Shown: positions 57,505-64,000 of the stretch, one piece after another
How the letters are laid out: each line of letters begins with the position of its first letter
Position numbering within the stretch: position 1 is the first letter of the stretch
DNA from: Mytilus californianus
Lineage: Eukaryota
Direction: 5' to 3'
DNA: 64,000 nucleotides
NCBI RefSeq assembly: GCF_021869535.1
Contig: NW_026262637.1
Span: 14,446,001 to 14,510,000, forward strand
Notes under the pieces: generated by a model
Database searches by the model: none
What the model saw: only the letters and a program-made list of their open reading frames with translations
Told to the model about the DNA's origin: nothing
Program-made: the position numbers and the translations under genes

Positions 57505-60500
57505 TTAGTGTCTTGCTTCCACAATTTTAAATGTAGCAGTGAGAACATTTGAAGGCACTGTCTTCTTCTGGTTGGGTAGCTGTCCACCAACATATACTTG
57601 TATAGAGCCTGTAAGTATAAAAAAAGACCTTATTTTAGAAGTTATAAGACAATGTGTATATTGTCATAAATGTATGCAACTTTTAACTTTGATCTAATAT
57701 ATTAGATATATATATTTGATAAAAACAATTTCTGTTCATTATGTTTCAGATATTATCTGCCTTAAAATAATGTCAAGCAGAAGGATGTAACTAAAACATC
57801 TTATAAAATTCAGCTTATTTCCATCCTTGAATCTGAACACTGGTTTATGTTTATATTTAATTTCAATTTAATTATTGTATTTCCAGTCTATGGAAGAAGC
57901 GAATCAATAAAAATGTTTCTTATATGAAATAGCGATATTGTCTAATATGAAATTGTAAATATGCACACACTCCATGTGGAAAAAGTAGTTTTTGGCAATG
58001 AAAAATATGTTTCATATTTTTAAAAATCATTCAATAAGTCTGGATTATATAACACGTCGAATGGAAGTTTTATAATAAATCACTAGAGCTTAAAATCGAC
58101 AATACCCTGCTTTTCAAGGTCGTTTTGATGGGAAAAAATCAAGTGCACCAGTTCAACAAGAATTGAGGTAAGATTTTGTTAAGAAAATATCAATTTTAAA
58201 ACATATTGTTCAAATACAAACAACAATTGAGTCTAAATATATATTCAATAGTTAGTTAAAAGCAAAAGTTTATGTCTGTGTAAAATTTGAAGTGCTGTGT
58301 TTTTCTTATGTACATAAATAAACAAATACTATAAATTCTAATATGGATGCGGTACTTTTAAAATATGATAGCAGTATTTTTTTAATGTCACTATAAGTAA
58401 CATTGTATGTTAATAAGCAGTTTTAAGGTCACTGCTAAACGTCAAAATGTTTTTGGTAGCATCTTTCCAATTTCTTTTAAATTGGTTTTTGAAGCAAAAT
58501 TAATCAAATTAAGGTTTTATAAACATCGTCGTAATTAAATAGCCAACTATCAAAATAATTGTTCACATATGTTACATCTATTAAATTTCTTTATGAACGC
58601 ATCAAAACAATACATATCCGATATTCTCCCTACACGTATGGAAGCTTTTATGATTAATTTTTTTAATTTACAGGTCCTGGAAGTCTTTCTGTCTACAACT
58701 CAAGCTAATTTAAAATACAACTGTTTTTACGCTTGCAACAACACAATTTGAATTGCCATCATTAAAAACATTTACTTTTAGCAAAGTCCGAATAGATATT
58801 AAATCCGTCAATTCAGTAGATAGTCGCTCTTTTGGATTGGAAAACGTTGGAAAGTTTTCATAGCCAAAACAATTTACGTCTCCAAACTTTCCTCCTGTGT
58901 TCAGTTTTTTCAAGTCTATACTCAATTTATATGGACTATTGGAGTGTTTTCGTTTCTTGGCTATTGTTTGTATTTGTGGTAACATAATGCCTGGTTGTTT
59001 AGAACACTCTTTTATGTCAAAATCGACAGAATCAAGACTTTCTTTACTGGGAACAACTAGAGGCTCTAAAGAGCCTGTGTCGCTCACCTTGGTCTATGTG
59101 CATATTCAACAAAGGACACTCTCCAACATTGTAGACAGAAATAGAATTCATGAAAAAATCTGTTTTTTTTATCTTGTATGGCTGATAATTTAGCCTATTT
59201 AGTTTCTCTCTATCTTCTTTAAATTTTTGCTCAAAACACAAAAGAGGATAAAAAAAATCCTCATTTAAGGGCAATCACTCCTATAAAGAGTGACAGTCTA
59301 CTAAACTATATCGGCAAAATTTGACTTGTTAGTAGATCTTGACTTGGTGATCATTTTTGTGATTTAAAGTGTATCTATTATAATTTTCTATCATATATGG
59401 CAAAATGCAAAAAAAAAAGTGAAAATCGTCTTTAAAGGGCAATAACTCCAGTAAGGAGTTGTCTGACCATTTCCTCCATATTGTCATCATTGTAGATTTT
59501 GTTTTGCTGATCATTTTTGCCTAGCTAAGTTTCTATCTGTCTATCATAATTTTAAGATATAAGGCAAAAACACAAAAAATTGGTCAAAATCATCATCAAA
59601 GGGCAATAACTCTAATAAGGAGTCGATTGACCATTTCAACCATGTTGACCTAATTGTAGAACTTGTCTTGCTGATCATTTTAAAGTTTCTCTGTATCTAT
59701 TATAATTTTCAAGATAGTAAGCAAAAATGAAAAAAAATGGTAAAATTTGTCATTTAAGGGCAATAACTCCTATAAGAAGTCATCTGACAGTTTTGAAATG
59801 TACAGACAATTGGTAGAGCTCAACATTCTGAACATTTTTGCTCTCGTCAGATTTTCTCTCTTTATAATGGTTTTCAAAATAATAGACAAAACTTGCATCT
59901 TATCCCCTATGTTCTATTTTTAGCCATGTAGGCCATGTTGGTTGGCAGGTGGGGTCATCGGACATATTTTTTTAACTAGATACCCCAATGATGATTGTGG
60001 CCAAATGTGATTAAATTTGGCAAAGTAGTTTCAAAGGAGAAGATTTTTGTAAAAGATTACAAAAATTTACGAAAAAATTGTTAAAAATTGACTATAAATG
60101 GCAATAACTCCGTAAGGGGTCAATTGGTAATTTTGGTCATGCTAACTTATTTGTAGATCTTACTTTGCTGAACATTATTGCTGTTTACAGTTTATCTTTA
60201 TCTATAATAATATTCAAGATAATAACCAAAAACAGCAAAATTTACTTAAAATTACCAATTCAGGGGCAGCAACCCAACAACTGATTGTCTGATTCGTCTG
60301 AAAGTTTCAAGGCAAATAGATCTAAGCCTGTTGAACATTTTATCCTATGTCAGATTTGCTCTAAATGCTTTAGTTTCAGAGATATAAGCCAAAAACTGCA
60401 TTTTACCCCCTATGTTCTATTTTTAGCCATGTTGTCCATCTTGGTTGCAAGGCAGGGTCATCAGACACATTTTTTAAACTAGATACCCCAATGATGATTG

Positions 60501-63500
60501 TGGCCAAGTTTGGTTAAATTTAACCCAGTAGTTTCAGAGGAGAAGATTTTTGTAAAAGATTACAAAAATTTACGAACAATTGTAAAAAATTGAATATAAA
60601 TGGGCAATAACTCCTTAAGGGGTCAATTGACAATTTTGGTCATGTTGACTTATTTGTAGATCTTACTTTGCTTAACATCATTGCTGTTTACAGAAAATTA
60701 CCAATTTAGGGGGCAGCAACCCAACAACAGCTTGTCTGATTCGTCTGAAAATTTCAGGGCAGATAGATCTTAACCTGATGAAAATTTCCCCCCCCCCCCC
60801 CCGCGCCCCTGTCACATTTGCTCTAAATGCTTTAGTTTCAGAGATATAAGCCAAAAACTGCATTTAACCCCTATGTTCTATTTTTAGCCATGTCCGCCAT
60901 CTTGGTTGGCAGGCAGGGTCATCGAACACATTTTTTAAACTAGAAACCCCAATGATTGTGGCCAAGTTTGGTTAAAATTGGCCCAGTAGTTTCAGAGGAG
61001 AAGATTTTTGTAAAAGTTAACAACAAACGACGGACGCAAGTGATTAGAAAAGCTCACTTGGCCCTTTGGGCCAAGTGAGCTAATAAAATTAACTTGTGCC
61101 AAAGATTTATCACACTGTCCTCATTTAATTTGATTCCACAAAATCTGACCTGTATTTTTCAATCCTGACATGAATCTTAAAAATATTCACTTAAATAACT
61201 GCTTTCCAGTCCTCCATAACTGTCTGACTACTTCATTGTATCGCATTGCACATGCATTTTCAGTAGTGAACCAGGTAAGAACATCAAGAAATAACTGATA
61301 CAATATGTTGTTAAAAGGGAGAAGTTTATTGGCAAGACATCTGAAAAGAAGCGTTTAAGCGGCAAGCTGTTTTGTTCATAGAGATATCGAATTGCCAACA
61401 GGAAAAAGTCTTTGATATCTAATAAGAACTGATTTTCCTTGTCAACAAGTTTTTCAATGTTAATAATAAATACATCTTCTGTTTGACAACATTTTTCATT
61501 CGTGGTATCTGAAGTTGTTTTATTTATAGTCTGAGGCTGTGCTCAACTGGACTTTTATTACTTGTTTTAAGTTTTTTATTAGGATGACAGATGGTATCTT
61601 CAAAGTTCAGGACAACAGTAATTGTACATTTTTCTTTGTTTGGAATAATTATTTTTCCATTTGAATATTCATTTCCAGGTGTAATTGGGAACCGTATTGG
61701 ATTGAATTTTTTGTCTGAATGTTTTTTTCTTTTAAGAAATAATATTTCTTTGTCTTTGTGGATATTTACAGCATGACCTATGATAGAATCAAATAGGTCA
61801 GTAGAATATTCGCAGTAGCCACATTTAAATTCGCCATAGCATCATCACTGAAAATAGAGTTACTCGGTATAACCATATGATCGAAAATAATGGACTTAGC
61901 AGGTTGTTAACACTGTCAACTATCGATAGGGTAAAACAACATTTTTTGACATAATTAGTACATTTAAGCGTTAATTTTGAAATTTTAGTGATACTTTGCC
62001 TATAACATTTAACCTGTCGTGAAATATAATTGTGATTTATGTTTCCGGTTTTCTTGACTTACATTGTGACTTGTTACCGTATTTATTTTATATGAGAAAA
62101 CTATCGCAGTTATATTAGAAAAATATTGCATTCATATTATAAAATATAGCAGTATCATTGAATTATAGGTGATTTTGGTTTCGAAAACAATTGATTTCAT
62201 CGAAATTGCATTCCACTAATTTGGTACATGATATCAATTGAATGTGTACATCTACAAATGATGAATAGTGCATTTATGTTTCATTTAATCAACATATCGA
62301 TTTTCTCGTATTAATACAACTTGCTTGTTATAATATTACACAATTCATGAAAGTTATAAAGGCAGACGTTTGTCGTGTTAAATGTTACCCGGTTTTAAGA
62401 AGAATAGTCATTACTTTATACTGAGAAATCTTCCTTTCTTCATACAAATGTAAACATTCGTCTGTGATTTCCCACAATGCAACTCGTTCATATAAGACAA
62501 TATTGCTATTTCATATAAGAAAAGTTTTTATCGATTCTCTTCTTCCATAGACTGATTCCAAAGTGCTTTTAAGCACAAAAGAACTTGTTTTACTTAAGGA
62601 ATTTAACTTTGAATTAATGTATCCTTTCCCTTTTTCAAAACAATCTTATTCTGTACAAACCTGGCTCTATAACAAATCCTTTATCAGTCCACACAGCCAG
62701 ACTTTGAGCATCTATTGTCAGTTTGACTGTAACATTGGTATGTCTTTGTATAAACACTCTATCTAAAGTTACCAATTGTAAATTAGGCATTGGTTCCTTT
62801 GTTGTCAACCAATGTAGATATACTTGCACTACCTGAAAATGTGAAATGTATTGAGCAGAGCACAGATAATAATCATACTCTCCCCAAATTTAAACAAAAG
62901 AGACCAAGTCATTGCTTTGATATTGGAAATCTCAAAAATCATTCAAATAAAACACTATAACAGGAGATGTCCATTGCTATTAAGGAGGAAAATTGTATAA
63001 TATTCTTTTGAGAATATGTGTGCACTGCTTGCACTACCACATTTCCATGTTCAGTGAACGATGAAATTTGGGTCAAAACCCTAATTTGGTATATACTTTT
63101 TAAAAGTCACATCATAATAAACATATCTAATAATTTTCAAGTTGATAAGACCACAACTTTATGGTAAACTACACTAACAATTTTTACATGATACTGGACT
63201 GTGTATGCAAGCACTGCGCAGAAAATACAATCCCTCCCTTAAATGTTGTAGGATGGGTCTATAAAATCACTTAATTTAAGGTACTATAATATAGTTTTAT
63301 ATTTTTTGTGTTATTTCATTCTTTAAAATGGCATCAGCCAGAGGACATACTTTAAAACACATTCTTTAAAATACTATATCTTTACCTCATCTCCATCAAA
63401 TAAACCCATATTGGTAACAGTCACTTGTACAGGAACTGGATCCCCAACTTTTACTGAAGCTGGTACCACTAAGTTGGAATAGTTGAATGTAGTATAGGTT

Positions 63501-63944
63501 AATCCAAAACCAAAAGGATACAGAGGTTCTCCAGTAAAATATCTGTAAGTCTTCTCCTTCATACTGTAATCAACCATTGAGGGTATCTGTAACAAACAGA
63601 ATTTGACATGAATCTATTTTGTTGTTATTGGATAAAAAATTCTATATTCAATAATCTCAGGCATTTTTTGTCTAAAATTCGATTATTTAGAAGATAGAAG
63701 TAGAAATGCAACAGGTAAGTCTTTAATCTCACCTGATCAGCATACTTGTACCATGTGTAAGGTAGACGCCCACTTGGATTAACACTATTATTGACTGTTG
63801 TAAACAAAGTAAGTAGAGCTTCTCCGGTGGCTTGAGCTGGATAGAAACATTGGAATATGTTAACAACATTTTTGTTTTCCTCTGCCCATGTTATATTGAC
63901 TGGTCCGGCAGTAAATAACAGTAATACTACAGATACATCACCAC
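57505..63944 (-). CDS. Second GH3 beta-xylosidase-like paralogue, last four exons (5' part outside the window)
   Basis: Exons 63944-63733, 63586-63386, 62832-62661 and 57608-57505 (TAA), with the same intron positions and phases as exons 9-12 of the first gene. Motifs FYPAQATGEA, NPSGRLPYTWY, YPFGFGLTY, VYVGGQLP. Confidence 0.9.
58450..61837 (-). pseudogene. Decayed TE-encoded protein: N-terminal C2H2 zinc finger, then MRYNEVVRQLW..G..LF...LRFMSG.K and NFIVPS...YKLSIDLKKL...GDVNCFGYE
   Basis: Frameshifts and stops throughout. The frame across Q-V-N-F-I / V-P-S-K is restored when the 59057-61081 insertion is removed. Confidence 0.65.
59057..61081 (-). mobile_element. HINE-like element (~2 kb) inserted at a TT inside the TIR element, with internal ~460-500-bp duplications
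   Basis: Minus 5' TTAGCTCACTTGGCCC..GGGCCAAGTGAGC; 3' AGGTGAGCGACACAGGCTCTTTAGAGCCTCTAG-TT. CCCCTATGTTCTATTTTTAGCCATG recurs at ~59904, 60406 and 60868. Confidence 0.85.
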
Positions 63945-64000
63945 CTGGAAATAAAGTAAATATAAACTTTAGTGACCAAGCTCACCTACCCAATCCCCCT

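Larger units (their letters stand above)
57884..62554 (-). mobile_element. TIR DNA transposon of unresolved superfamily in the last intron of GH3 paralogue 2
   Basis: 68-bp TIRs (57884-57951 / 62487-62554, 6 mismatches) starting CAGTCTATGG. Flanks TTTC / ATTC are a possible 4-bp TSD with one mismatch. Confidence 0.8.

Noticed and set aside
1-64000. tRNA, rRNA, mitochondrial insertions or prokaryotic operons
   Set aside because: None recognised by eye; a tRNAscan-SE/Infernal run would be needed to exclude them formally.

Overview
AT-rich, intron- and repeat-dense animal genomic DNA. The gene families and repeat types point to a bivalve mollusc, most likely Mytilus-like (inference). Genes: two tandem secreted LRR-only genes (minus strand, FLRT/SLRP-like repeats); a 7-exon SPATS1-like gene (plus, 262 aa); a single-coding-exon RING-less TRIM-like gene (B-box/B-box/coiled-coil/beta-propeller); a complete 12-exon GH3 beta-xylosidase-like gene (minus, 747 aa); and the last 4 exons of a tandem GH3 paralogue. 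The rest is hAT derivatives, many Helentron/HINE-like elements with internal satellites, MITEs, Penelope-like and LINE RT fragments, a local patchwork duplication containing an orphan GH3 exon, and a 4.7-kb TIR element encoding a decayed protein I could not assign. The most unusual signals are RNA-structural: minimal type I hammerhead motifs (one with an intact core), a circularly permuted twister-like fold in a dispersed repeat, and a tandem array of a pseudoknot-like motif. All exon models and alignments were done by eye.
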